Both the position numbers and the translations under genes were made by a program. DNA of 28,083 nucleotides from Verrucomicrobiota bacterium. Lineage in GTDB: Bacteria; Verrucomicrobiota; Verrucomicrobiia; Limisphaerales; UBA11358. How positions within the stretch are numbered: position 1 is the stretch's first letter; each line of letters starts with the position of its first letter. The stretch spans positions 1-28,083 of the forward strand of contig JBEKRA010000001.1 in assembly GCA_049519195.1 (NCBI GenBank), written 5' to 3'. The notes beneath the pieces were generated by a model. It saw nothing but the letters and a program-made list of their open reading frames with translations, made no database searches and was not told the DNA's origin. Positions 1 through 8,229 of the stretch are shown here, in pieces.

Positions 1-810
1 CTTCGCCTCGGCCGCAAGTTTGCGATAAAAATCCAGCCCGTCCGCTCCGCCGTCGAGCGCGGCGAGCGGATCGAAATCGCGGACCTCCGGTTGGAGCGAG
101 GTGATTTCGGCGGACGGGATGTAAGGCGGGTTGCTGATGATCAAATCAAATTGGTGGGGCGAGACTCCCGGCGAGCCGCCTTGAACATTATCTTTTGGCT
201 CGCGAGGACGTTCGCCCCACCGCTCGGTCAGGACGGCGAAGCTGTTGCTTTCCAGAAATTCAATCCGCTCCGCGACCCTGTTTGCCGCCGCGTTTTGTTT
301 TGCCAACCCGAGCGCTTCGGCGGAAACGTCCAGCGCGATAATCTTGGCGTCCGGACACTTTACTGCCAGCGCGATGGCGATGCAGCCGGTGCCGGTGCCG
401 AAATCCAAAGCCCGGAGGGACGAGCTCTGTGAGTCCCCAACATTTTGAGTTGGGACTTGTGTAACTCGTCCCTCCGAAAGGCGGTTGAGAAACTGCCAGC
501 CCGCTTCCGCGAGCAATTCCGTTTCCGGCCGTGGCACAAGCGCGTGACGGTTCACTGCGATTTCATAACCGCAGAAAGAAGTCGATCCAACGATGTGCTG
601 GAGAGGTTCGCGCCGGCCGCGCCGTTTGACGAGTTCGCGCAGCGTGTCGGTTTCCGCCGCCGAGAGCACGCGCTCGAAGTTCAGATACAACTTCATGCGC
701 GGCAGCTTGAGCAGATGCGCGAGGAGCAATTCGGTTTGCAGCCGCGGCGACTCGACATTTTTTTTGCCGAGAAATTCCGCGCTTTTCTGAATCGCTTCGA
801 GGACGGTCAT
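1..810 (-). CDS. prmC: Release factor glutamine methyltransferase PrmC/HemK, 3' end runs off the window
   Basis: Hand translation of the minus strand from ATG 810: MTVLEAIQKSAEFLGKKNVESPRLQTELLLAHLL...RRGRREPLQHIVG...LVPRPETELL...ALDFGTGTGCIAIALA...FDLIISNPPYI...EVRDFDPLAALDGGADGLDFYR. SAM motif I and NPPY present. Absent from the ORF track because there is no stop in the window. Confidence 0.95.
   Translation of the reverse strand, partial: MTVLEAIQKSAEFLGKKNVESPRLQTELLLAHLLKLPRMKLYLNFERVLSAAETDTLRELVKRRGRREPLQHIVGSTSFCGYEIAVNRHALVPRPETELLAEAGWQFLNRLSEGRVTQVPTQNVGDSQSSSLRALDFGTGTGCIAIALAVKCPDAKIIALDVSAEALGLAKQNAAANRVAERIEFLESNSFAVLTERWGERPREPKDNVQGGSPGVSPHQFDLIISNPPYIPSAEITSLQPEVRDFDPLAALDGGADGLDFYRKLAAEAK
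153..221. repeat. 69-bp palindromic REP-like element (GGTGGGGCGAG family) in frame inside prmC
   Basis: GGTGGGGCGAGACTCCCGGCGAGCC ... GGCTCGCGAGGACGTTCGCCCCACC. Near-identical arms at 27236-27316. Removing it restores FAVLTEQFDLIISNPPY. Confidence 0.9.
413..476. repeat. Palindromic REP-like element inside prmC
   Basis: Perfect 12-bp terminal inverted repeat CGGAGGGACGAG / CTCGTCCCTCCG with inner GAGTCCC/GGGACT. Encodes the extra peptide around SEGRVTQVPTQNVGDSQSSSLR just before motif I. Confidence 0.8.
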
Positions 811-1679
811 GGAAAATTATTCCCTTCCACGCCTTTGAGATAGGCGAAAATCAATTCCGGCAGGTCCTTGCTGTAACCGCCTTCGAGCAGGCTGAAGAAT
901 GGAACATTTAGCGCGCTCAATTCCCTGCCGAGCCAGTGAAAATCCTCCGCCAGCAGAGCGCCATAGGCCAGCGGGTCGCGCGCGTAGGCGTCGAACCCGG
1001 CGGACACGGCGACGAGGTCGGGCCGGAATTTTTTCAAATCGCCGAGCGCGCAGGCGAGCGCGTCGCGATACGTCCCGCGCGGCGCGCCCGGCGCGACGGG
1101 ATAATTAAAGCAGTTTTTGCCAAAGTTCGCCGCGCCCGTGCCGGGATAAAACGGATACAGGTGGATTGAGAAATACGCGCAGCCTGGCCGATCCAGCAAA
1201 ATGGCCTCCGTGCCGTTGCCGTGATGCACGTCGAAATCATAAACCGCGACACGCTTCGAGCCAGTCGCAAGTGCTTCGAGCACGGCGATGGCGATGTTGT
1301 TCAGGTAGCAAAAGCCCATCGCCCGGTCGCGCGTGGCGTGATGGCCGGGCGGGCGCATGAGGCTGAAAACATTTTCACCGGCGCGCGCGGCTTTCAGCGC
1401 GTCGAGCGCGGCGGCGACGGACGCGCGCGCAAAGCCGGCGATGCCTTCGCAAAATGGAGTGTCTTCATCAAAGTCTTCGGGAATTTGCAGGCGCTCCAGC
1501 AGTTCCGGCGAATGGGCGCGGAGAATTTGCGCGTCTTCCACCCCGCCCGGCGCGGCCCAGGTAATGGGCAATTCCGTCTGGCTTTTCAGAAATTCAACGG
1601 CGGTGGTGATTCGCTCCGGCCGTTCGGGATGGCCATCGCGCGAATAGCCGGTGCAGCGTTCGTCGGTGATGATTTTCAT
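807..1679 (-). CDS. Histone deacetylase family (Zn-dependent deacetylase / amidohydrolase)
   Basis: Motifs GHPERPER, RPPGHHA, GFCYLNN, DFDVHHGNGT, SAGFDAY..DPL and LEGGY. The stop overlaps the prmC start (ATGA). Confidence 0.95.
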   Translation of the reverse strand: MKIITDERCTGYSRDGHPERPERITTAVEFLKSQTELPITWAAPGGVEDAQILRAHSPELLERLQIPEDFDEDTPFCEGIAGFARASVAAALDALKAARAGENVFSLMRPPGHHATRDRAMGFCYLNNIAIAVLEALATGSKRVAVYDFDVHHGNGTEAILLDRPGCAYFSIHLYPFYPGTGAANFGKNCFNYPVAPGAPRGTYRDALACALGDLKKFRPDLVAVSAGFDAYARDPLAYGALLAEDFHWLGRELSALNVPFFSLLEGGYSKDLPELIFAYLKGVEGNNFP

Positions 1680-1723
1680 TGCGACATGGCCATCGTTAGC
1701 AAAAACTTCGGCAAGAATACATT

Positions 1724-2770
1724 ATGAAAATGAAATTATTCATCCTCGCGGGCGCGCTCGGCGTATTCGCTTTCAGCGCAGGCGCATGGGATTATGAAGG
1801 CCATCACGCCATCAACGAGCTGGCGCTGGCTTCGCTGCCGAAGGATTTTGGCGGGTTCGATCTGACGCCCGTGCTGAAGGGGCGCGTTGAATTTTTGGCG
1901 GGCGAGCCGGACCGCTGGCGGAACGTGGGCGATCTGCCGTTGAAAAACGTCAACGGCCCGGACCATTACATTGACTTGGAGGGCTTGAAACTTTTCGGCC
2001 TGACGCCCGAGACGCTGCCGCTGATGCGCTACGATTTCGCCGCGGACATCGCAAAGGCGCGCGCGGCGCATCCCGAAAAGTTTCCGCCGATTGACCAGGA
2101 CAAGGACGCCGACCACACCCGCGAGCTGGACGGATTTTTACCCTGGGCCATCACGGAAAATTACGAGAAGTTGAAATCCGGTTTCAGTTCGCTGAAGGCG
2201 TTCCGGCAATACGGTGGCACGCCGGAGGAAATCGCCAACGCGCAGGCGGACTGCATTTATGTGATGGGCGTGATGGGGCATTATGTCGGCGACGGCGCGC
2301 AGCCGTTGCACACGACGGTGCATTTCAACGGCTGGGTCGGCGACAATCCGAAACATTACACGGCCGGACCGGTTACCGGCGTGGAGAGAATGTTCATTCA
2401 CGCGTGGATTGACGGCGGCTATTTCCGGGCGACCGGCGGAATAAAAGTGGAGGCACTCATCGGAAAAATCCAGCCCGCCGCGCGCATCGCCAACGCGGAT
2501 CAGCCGGACGGAATGCTCAAGGCGGCTGTGAATTATCTCGTCGAGCAAAATAAACTGGTCGAGCCGCTTTACGAAATGGAAAAGAACGGGCAGCTCACCG
2601 GCGAGGCCGGCAAAGGCATGGACGGCGTGGCATTTCTCGACGGGCAGCTTGTGAAGGCCGGGCAGATGCTCGGCAACATCTGGCTGACCGCCTGGCTCGA
2701 AGCGCCGGAGGACACTTACTTGGAGCGGCAGCTCCAGCAGCGCGCCGGCGCAGACGCCCAAACAAAATGA
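1724..2770 (+). CDS. Secreted S1/P1 nuclease / Zn-dependent phospholipase C fold protein
   Basis: Signal peptide ending AGA, then WDYEGHH (mature Trp1/His6), GEPDRWR, HYID, GHYVGDGAQPLH and HAWID. These match the tri-zinc ligand pattern. Confidence 0.8.
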   Translation: MKMKLFILAGALGVFAFSAGAWDYEGHHAINELALASLPKDFGGFDLTPVLKGRVEFLAGEPDRWRNVGDLPLKNVNGPDHYIDLEGLKLFGLTPETLPLMRYDFAADIAKARAAHPEKFPPIDQDKDADHTRELDGFLPWAITENYEKLKSGFSSLKAFRQYGGTPEEIANAQADCIYVMGVMGHYVGDGAQPLHTTVHFNGWVGDNPKHYTAGPVTGVERMFIHAWIDGGYFRATGGIKVEALIGKIQPAARIANADQPDGMLKAAVNYLVEQNKLVEPLYEMEKNGQLTGEAGKGMDGVAFLDGQLVKAGQMLGNIWLTAWLEAPEDTYLERQLQQRAGADAQTK

Positions 2771-2834
2771 GCGGCGCCACGGTCGCCGGATTTTCTGGAT
2801 TGACCGGCGTGTTCAACCCGTTTGAAATCCGCGC

Positions 2835-3587
2835 ATGAAAGCGCTGTGCCGGCATCCGCTCCGCGTCACCGGAAGATTCTTCTGGTTTGTCGGCGTCGTG
2901 CTCGCCGCCGTTTTCGATTTTCTTTTTCGCTGCGCGTTCCGCCCGGAAAATTCAGCGCCCGCCGCCCGCGCGCTGTGGCTGCAACGCCATGCGCGGCGCG
3001 CGCTGAAAATTTTCAAGCTGGAAACGCGCGTCAGCAGCCAGGTTCCCGCGCGCGGCCTGCTCGTTTCCAACCATCTGGGTTACCTCGACGTTTTTGTGCT
3101 CGCATCGCTCACGCCCGTGGTGTTTGTGTCCAAGCGCGAGATCAAATCCTGGCCGGTCGTAGGCTGGCTCGCGCAAATGGGCGGCACGTTGTTCGTGGAC
3201 CGCGAACGCCGCCTGCAAGTCGTCCGGATGAACAATCAAATTCAGGCCGCGCTGAATCGGGGCGCGCTCGTGATTTTGTTTCCGGAAGGAGCCAGTTCCA
3301 ACGGCCAGGGCGTTTTGCCTTTCAAGTCCGCGCTGCTCGAACCGGCGGCGCAACCCGCGCACCCGCTCTCGGTCGGCGCGATTCAATACGCCATCGAAGA
3401 CGGCGACGTGGCCGACGAGGTGTGTTACTGGGGCGACCACACATTTTTTCCGCATTTGCTCAACCTGCTGGGCAAGCGCGCCGTCCGCGCCACCGTCCGC
3501 TTTGCGCCCGTTCAACAGACCGGCGCGGACCGCAAGCAACTGGCGCGGCAATTGCGCGGTGAAATTTTGAAACTGAAGAACGGTTGA
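2835..3587 (+). CDS. Lysophospholipid acyltransferase (PlsC/OlsA-like)
   Basis: SNHLGYLD (HX4D), FVSKREI, GTLFVDR and FPEG motifs. Confidence 0.9.
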   Translation: MKALCRHPLRVTGRFFWFVGVVLAAVFDFLFRCAFRPENSAPAARALWLQRHARRALKIFKLETRVSSQVPARGLLVSNHLGYLDVFVLASLTPVVFVSKREIKSWPVVGWLAQMGGTLFVDRERRLQVVRMNNQIQAALNRGALVILFPEGASSNGQGVLPFKSALLEPAAQPAHPLSVGAIQYAIEDGDVADEVCYWGDHTFFPHLLNLLGKRAVRATVRFAPVQQTGADRKQLARQLRGEILKLKNG

Positions 3588-3665
3588 TGACATCGGGGGA
3601 AATTTTATTGCGGTTCAATTTAACATTGGCACTCCCCGGTTCACGCAGCAAAGCCGTCTGCCGCA

Positions 3666-3764
3666 AAGCGCCAGAGGGCTGGCGCAGTCCACGACGCTTC
3701 GCGCCGTTCGTGAATTTCAGGCAAACGCTTTGCGTTTTGGACTGCGGCGGCCCTCCGCCGCTTT
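3666..3764. repeat. 99-bp REP-like element (AAGCGCCAGAG...TTTTGGACTGCGGCGGCCCTCCGCCGCTTT family)
   Basis: Reverse-complement copy of the same length at 25905-26003; diverged copy at about 16966-17065. Confidence 0.85.
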
Positions 3765-3793
3765 TCCCTGCGGCACTTCAAACCGTGCCAATG

Positions 3794-4402
3794 CTAACCC
3801 AAATTGCCTTGTTTTTCCCGGCGCAACTTCTTTGCGGATTTTGACGACGGCGGCGGCGGCGCGGCCAGCATCTTCCGCAACGCCTCTTCAAAGCCAAGTC
3901 CGTTCGCGGTGATTTTTCTTTTGCCGCGGGCACGGGTTTCATCCGCGGCGACAACGCCGTTCAATTTGTTTTCATCACCCGTTTTGTCGTCGAGGGCAAG
4001 GCGGATGCGGCGCGCCATGAACCCGGCGGACTTGCAGGTGATTTTCAGCAGACGGTGAAGCCGGCGGGCGGACACGGCTTTTTTGCCGGAACAAACGCAG
4101 GACAAGGCCGTGAGCCACGAGCCGATTTTGATGTGGCTTCCCTCGAAAACCGTTTTGACCGTCACGGTGAATTGGCTGCGGCAGGCCGCGCAACAATAAA
4201 CGCCCTTGCGCGCCGGACACCGGCTGCCGGCTTTGGGCGTGAGTTTATAAACCTCGTCAAACTGGCAATGCGGGCATTGGACGCCCTTGGGCCAGCGCAA
4301 TGACTCCAGAAATGCGCGGGCCTTGTCCTCGTCGGCGTATTCCCGCGCCAGCTTCATCAGGTTCAAATCATCCGCATCGAACTCGTTTTGCATCGTTACC
4401 AT
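3794..4402 (-). mobile_element. IS1595-family transposase remnant (Zn ribbon + HTH, catalytic core deleted)
   Basis: DEDKARAFLESLRWPKGVQCPHC...YCCAACRSQFTVTVKTVFEGSHI...SGKKAVSARRLHR...GVVAADET. Homology stops at the first Asp of the DDE triad, followed by an unrelated basic tail. The real start is probably ATG 4402 or 4393. Confidence 0.85.
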
Positions 4403-4406
4403 GCGA

Positions 4407-4435
4407 CCCATAGGCGAACTTTTTGCATTTGTCAA
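4407..4435 (-). promoter_or_regulatory. Putative sigma70 promoter of the transposase remnant
   Basis: TTGACA (4435-4430), 17 nt, TATGGG (4412-4407). The ORF-track TTG start at 4435 is this -35 hexamer. Confidence 0.5.
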
Positions 4436-4673
4436 GTATCATATTTGCGACTTGCCGCCTTGGCGCTGGCCATTTGCCGGCGAAGAATGATTGAAGAGCA
4501 CGCGCGCCTGGAAGGACGCGGAAGGCTTGAAAAACGGCCTTTTTCAACGATTTAAGCAAAGCCAATTGGATTGGCTGGGGCTGATATTGAGCCATTTCAC
4601 GGGTCTGCCCGGCTGATTCCCATGCCCGGAGCTTTTCCGGCCCAAGGCTCCTGAAAAAAAATCAAAAAACTTC

Positions 4674-4702
4674 TTTACATTTGTTCCCGCATGACGCATT
4701 AT
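4674..4702 (+). promoter_or_regulatory. Putative sigma70 promoter of the PEP-CTERM gene
   Basis: TTTACA-N17-CATTAT preceded by an A-rich, UP-element-like tract (AAAAAAAATCAAAAAAC). Confidence 0.4.
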
Positions 4703-4764
4703 TTTCGCGTTGGGGAAAATTTGAAACACAAACACAGCGCAAAAAATAACAAATGGGAAATCTT

Positions 4765-5421
4765 ATGAAGACAAACGTGATAAAAAAATTGGCACTGGCT
4801 GCGGTGGTCAGTTCGTTCGTGGCTCTTAATGCAAGTGCGGTTGTGAACTACGCTTTTGATCCTAATAACACTGATGCCTTGGGCGGTGCTTATGTTCCAG
4901 CAGTGCCAACCACATTCGCGCAAGTATTCACTGTGGCCAATAATGATACTATAAATATTTCAGCCCTTGGCGTGTATGCATATGAATTGATCAACAACGT
5001 AACTGTTTCCATTTACGATTCCACCATCGCGGGTGTGACAAGTGGTGGTGCGCTCGATACGGCAACTTTTGGCAGCACCTCACAATTGAATGGTTACTAT
5101 TTCAAAAGCACTTCCTTAAATCTTGGCTCTGGAATTTATGCGATTGTGACGTCCTACACAGGCGGCGTTAATACCAGTGGCTATTATACGGGTAGTTCCG
5201 GCGACATCACTGCTTGGGCTGGTGGCGATGGGGTAACTCTTGGGAATCTGTATAAGGTAGGCAATATTCACCCACAAGATGATACGGCCTACGGTTCCGG
5301 TAACATGAAATTTTCGTTAGTGCCCGTTCCCGAAACCGGCGGATTCGCCGTGGCGGCCGTCGCGCTGTTGGGTCTGGTCTATGTTGGCCGCAGCTATTCG
5401 CGCAAGCTGAAAGTCGCGTAA
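4765..5421 (+). CDS. PEP-CTERM-type sorted surface protein (variant VPETGG motif)
   Basis: Signal peptide MKTNVIKKLALAAVVSSFVALNASA, Thr/Ser/Gly/Asn-rich body, and C-terminal PVPETGG + hydrophobic helix + basic tail (RSYSRKLK). Alternative start 4753. Confidence 0.85.
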   Translation: MKTNVIKKLALAAVVSSFVALNASAVVNYAFDPNNTDALGGAYVPAVPTTFAQVFTVANNDTINISALGVYAYELINNVTVSIYDSTIAGVTSGGALDTATFGSTSQLNGYYFKSTSLNLGSGIYAIVTSYTGGVNTSGYYTGSSGDITAWAGGDGVTLGNLYKVGNIHPQDDTAYGSGNMKFSLVPVPETGGFAVAAVALLGLVYVGRSYSRKLKVA

Positions 5422-5442
5422 GACGTTTTGGATTCCCATTTG

Positions 5443-5472
5443 AGGGCGGCTTGATTTCAAGCCGCCCTTTTT
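5443..5472 (+). terminator. Intrinsic terminator after the PEP-CTERM gene
   Basis: 12-bp perfect stem AGGGCGGCTTGA / TCAAGCCGCCCT followed by a T tract. Confidence 0.85.
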
Positions 5473-5475
5473 GTT

Positions 5476-5739
5476 GGCAGTGTCCTGATTTGAATGGAGC
5501 GCGGGTGTCCCAGGGTGCGGGACAAAATTCTTCGTAGCGCGGGCGTCCTCACCATGATCCTCCCGGGAGCGCCGGCGTCCCGCCGGCCAGTAGTCGGAAC
5601 CCGAAAACCGGAACTTGCCGGCGAGACGTCGGCGCTCCCGGGAATGGCACCCCGGTTCAAGGGTTCAAATGCCTTGCCGTTGCCATCCGCCGCGAGTGGG
5701 ACAGGCGTATCTCCAATAATTGCGAATCAGGACACCACC
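5476..5739. mobile_element. MITE-like element with nested REP palindromes and a 9-bp target-site duplication
   Basis: TIR GGCAGTGTCCTGATTTG / CGAATCAGGACACCACC. CTTTTTGTT is duplicated at 5467-5475 and 5740-5748. Inner 27-bp inverted repeat at 5561-5587 / 5617-5643. Confidence 0.85.
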
Positions 5740-5860
5740 CTTTTTGTTTGTGCTTTGCCCGGGCCAGGCTTAATTTTTCCGCATGGCGGAGAACTTGGAC
5801 AAACACTTTCAGAACCTTGGACACGTGAAGCTGTCCAAAAGCAATTTCATGTGCGTGTTG

Positions 5861-5990
5861 CCAAAATCATTTTGGAGACGGCGGAGCGCGGCTGTCCCAG
5901 CCGCAGCACGTTCGACAAACCAACAGCCCGTGGAATTTCACGCGCTCATTCCGCAATCCGGGCTGCCGCGGGTGGGACACCCGCGCTCCG
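5861..5990. repeat. REP-like element (CGGAGCGCGGCTGTCCC family)
   Basis: Palindromic arms at 5882 and 5990. Highly similar direct copy at 17172-17293; related arms at about 19419-19494. Confidence 0.85.
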
Positions 5991-6050
5991 TTCCATTGCC
6001 ATCATCATTCACCCATCGCGCGCCACGGCCGCAACCCACGAGGACACACG

Positions 6051-7796
6051 ATGACCAATCCTGAAACTTCATTGCCGTCAAAACCGTCACCCGTTCCCGC
6101 CCCGGAAGGCCGGACGCCAGCGTTTGCTTTGGGACTGCTGCCGGTGTGCGCGCTCATCCTGCTCTGGGGCTATGCCATTTATCGCCTCGGCATCTTGTGG
6201 CACAGCAATGACGACTATGCCTTCGGGTGGTTCGTGCCGCTGCTGTGTCTCTGCCTTTTCTGGGAGCGTTGGAAGCGCCGTCCGGCCCGCAGTCCCGTCC
6301 GGCCCGGAGGCGGCACGTTCTTCATGCTCGGAATATTCGGACTCGTCCTGCTGCCCGCCGCACTTTTTCTGGAGATCATTCCCAATTGGCGTTTTGCCGG
6401 ATGGATCTTTGCAGGCGCAGCGATCGGAATCACGTTCATCATCCTTTATTTTCTGGGCGGGCGCAGTTGGAGCCGCTATTTCGCGTTTCCGGTGATTTTT
6501 TTCCTCATCGCCGTGCCCTGGCCGACGCGCCTGGAGCATCCGCTGATTGAAAAAATGTCGAAGCTCAACGCCGCCGTCAGCGCCGTGTCCTCCAACGTTT
6601 TGGGCAGCCCCGCCGTCCGCCACGGCGTGCTGATTGAGACAGGCTCCGGTTTCGTGGGCGTGGACGAGGCGTGCAGCGGCATCCGTTCGTTCCAAGCCAG
6701 CGTCATGGTTGCGCTGTTTCTGGGGGAATTGTTCAGCTTCAGCATATTGAGGCGGGGCATCCTGCTTTTCGGCGCCGTGGCGCTGGCCTTCGCCTGCAAT
6801 GTTGTCCGCACCACCTATCTCGTTCGCATTGCCGACCTGCATGGCCTCGCGGGGGTGAATCTGCACCATGACCAGGCGGGTATGACCATTCTGGGGATTA
6901 CGCTGGCTGGGCTGCTGGCGCTCGTGTGGTTGCTGCGGCACAGGCCGGGCGGAGATGGCGGGGATGCTTCGCGGGTGGAATCCAAGCTTGATTACATTGA
7001 AGAATTGCACAACCTCGCCCCGGCTCCCGGCGCGGAGGATAAAGCCCCATCGCCTGCGCCTCATAACTTTGCGAGCCAGATGGAAGATCAATCCATCCCC
7101 GAGCCAGCCAGCGCCACAGGATTGGTGAATCCCTTTCTGATCAAAGCGGCGCTGGCCAGCCTGGTGGTCTGGATAATTCTGACCGAAACGGGAATCAATT
7201 TCTGGTTTCGTCCGGCGGAGAAACAGGCCGCGACCCGGGCCGTCTGGTCCTTGAAGTTGCCGGCCCGGGCCGCCGAATATCGTGAATTGCCAGTCAGCGA
7301 AACCGTCCGGGCGATGTTGAGTTATGACGAAGGCCACCAGGCCGAGTGGCGCGACAACAGAGGATGCGCCTGGCAGCTTTTCTATTTCCGCTGGCTGCCC
7401 GCGGAAACCCGATATCGCGCCGCCGTGGCCTGCAACCAGGCTCGCGGCCATGCGCCCGATGTGTGTTTAAAGATGTCAGGCATGATCCTCCAGACTAATT
7501 TTGGGACACAAACCATAAGCATGAACGGCATCAGCCTTCGAGTCGGCGCGGAACGTTTCCTGAATCAGGGACACACCTTGAATATATTCTCCTGTTATTG
7601 GGAACCCAATGAATGGGCGTCGCAGGCGGCCCCGGGGACGATTATGGCGGTTCGCACGGTTCTTCATGCATTGAAAATCCGGGATCGCGGCTGGAACGAG
7701 AAACGGGTGATCAAGCTGGGAGTTTGGGGAATAGAATCGGACGAGGCCGCGCAATCCGCCTTCCGGGAGTATCTGCTTGCAATGATCTCCAAGTGA
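6051..7796 (+). CDS. Exosortase (transpeptidase domain) fused to a C-terminal EpsI-like periplasmic domain
   Basis: Multi-TM N-terminus, FLIAVPWP, VDEACSGIRS (catalytic Cys), NVVRTT (Arg) and HHDQAG (His). The C-terminal domain has HAPDVCL..SG. Confidence 0.9.
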   Translation: MTNPETSLPSKPSPVPAPEGRTPAFALGLLPVCALILLWGYAIYRLGILWHSNDDYAFGWFVPLLCLCLFWERWKRRPARSPVRPGGGTFFMLGIFGLVLLPAALFLEIIPNWRFAGWIFAGAAIGITFIILYFLGGRSWSRYFAFPVIFFLIAVPWPTRLEHPLIEKMSKLNAAVSAVSSNVLGSPAVRHGVLIETGSGFVGVDEACSGIRSFQASVMVALFLGELFSFSILRRGILLFGAVALAFACNVVRTTYLVRIADLHGLAGVNLHHDQAGMTILGITLAGLLALVWLLRHRPGGDGGDASRVESKLDYIEELHNLAPAPGAEDKAPSPAPHNFASQMEDQSIPEPASATGLVNPFLIKAALASLVVWIILTETGINFWFRPAEKQAATRAVWSLKLPARAAEYRELPVSETVRAMLSYDEGHQAEWRDNRGCAWQLFYFRWLPAETRYRAAVACNQARGHAPDVCLKMSGMILQTNFGTQTISMNGISLRVGAERFLNQGHTLNIFSCYWEPNEWASQAAPGTIMAVRTVLHALKIRDRGWNEKRVIKLGVWGIESDEAAQSAFREYLLAMISK

Positions 7797-8229
7797 ATCG
7801 GGGCGGAAGATGAATCAAGTGCCAACGGCCATTTCATTGAAGATTCACAAGATTCTCCTGTTGTGCCGTTCTCAACTGGGAATCCAGGTTCATTCCTTTG
7901 TCCCCATTGCCCTGTCGTGCTGCCCTGCGGTTCAACCGAATCCTTTGACAAAGGAATGGGACAGGGGAATGCGGTTTTGAATCCCGAAATTATTGTTTGT
8001 CCCTGTGCCTTCGTGATCCGAAATTTCTTCGCCCGGCTCCAACCGCGGGTTTTGTAGCGGTTCGGGTTTAACATTGGCACATTCGCTGGCGGTCGCTGGA
8101 AAAAGCGGCGACCCTATGGAGCTTTATTCCCGGCCAACTTTGCGGGTGAATCGTTGTTTGCCAATGTCAAATTGAACCGCCATCGGATCAAACATCTCTT
8201 GTGCCAGACCAATTTGCGCGGAGCTTTTC

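Noticed and set aside
4674-4760. Sigma54-type promoter for the PEP-CTERM gene
   Set aside because: No TGGCAC-N5-TTGC with correct spacing was found upstream; only a TTTACA hexamer is present.
5320-5421. VPETG as a true sortase A (LPxTG) substrate
   Set aside because: The host is diderm (it has an outer-membrane factor and a periplasmic adaptor) and an exosortase is adjacent. No sortase gene is in the window.
6087-7451. Long antisense ORFs (also 15249-16472, 18398-19315, 12685-13572, 2138-2761, 19898-20671, 445-843)
   Set aside because: They lie opposite well-supported genes and have no recognisable motifs; they are typical shadow ORFs of GC-rich coding DNA.
7797-8229. Short ORF 7863-8057 with a CPHC motif, and a 12-bp inverted repeat (7891-7902 / 7947-7958)
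   Set aside because: Only one CxxC and no partner motif; it lies between convergent genes in repeat-like DNA. The evidence is too weak to call a gene or a terminator.
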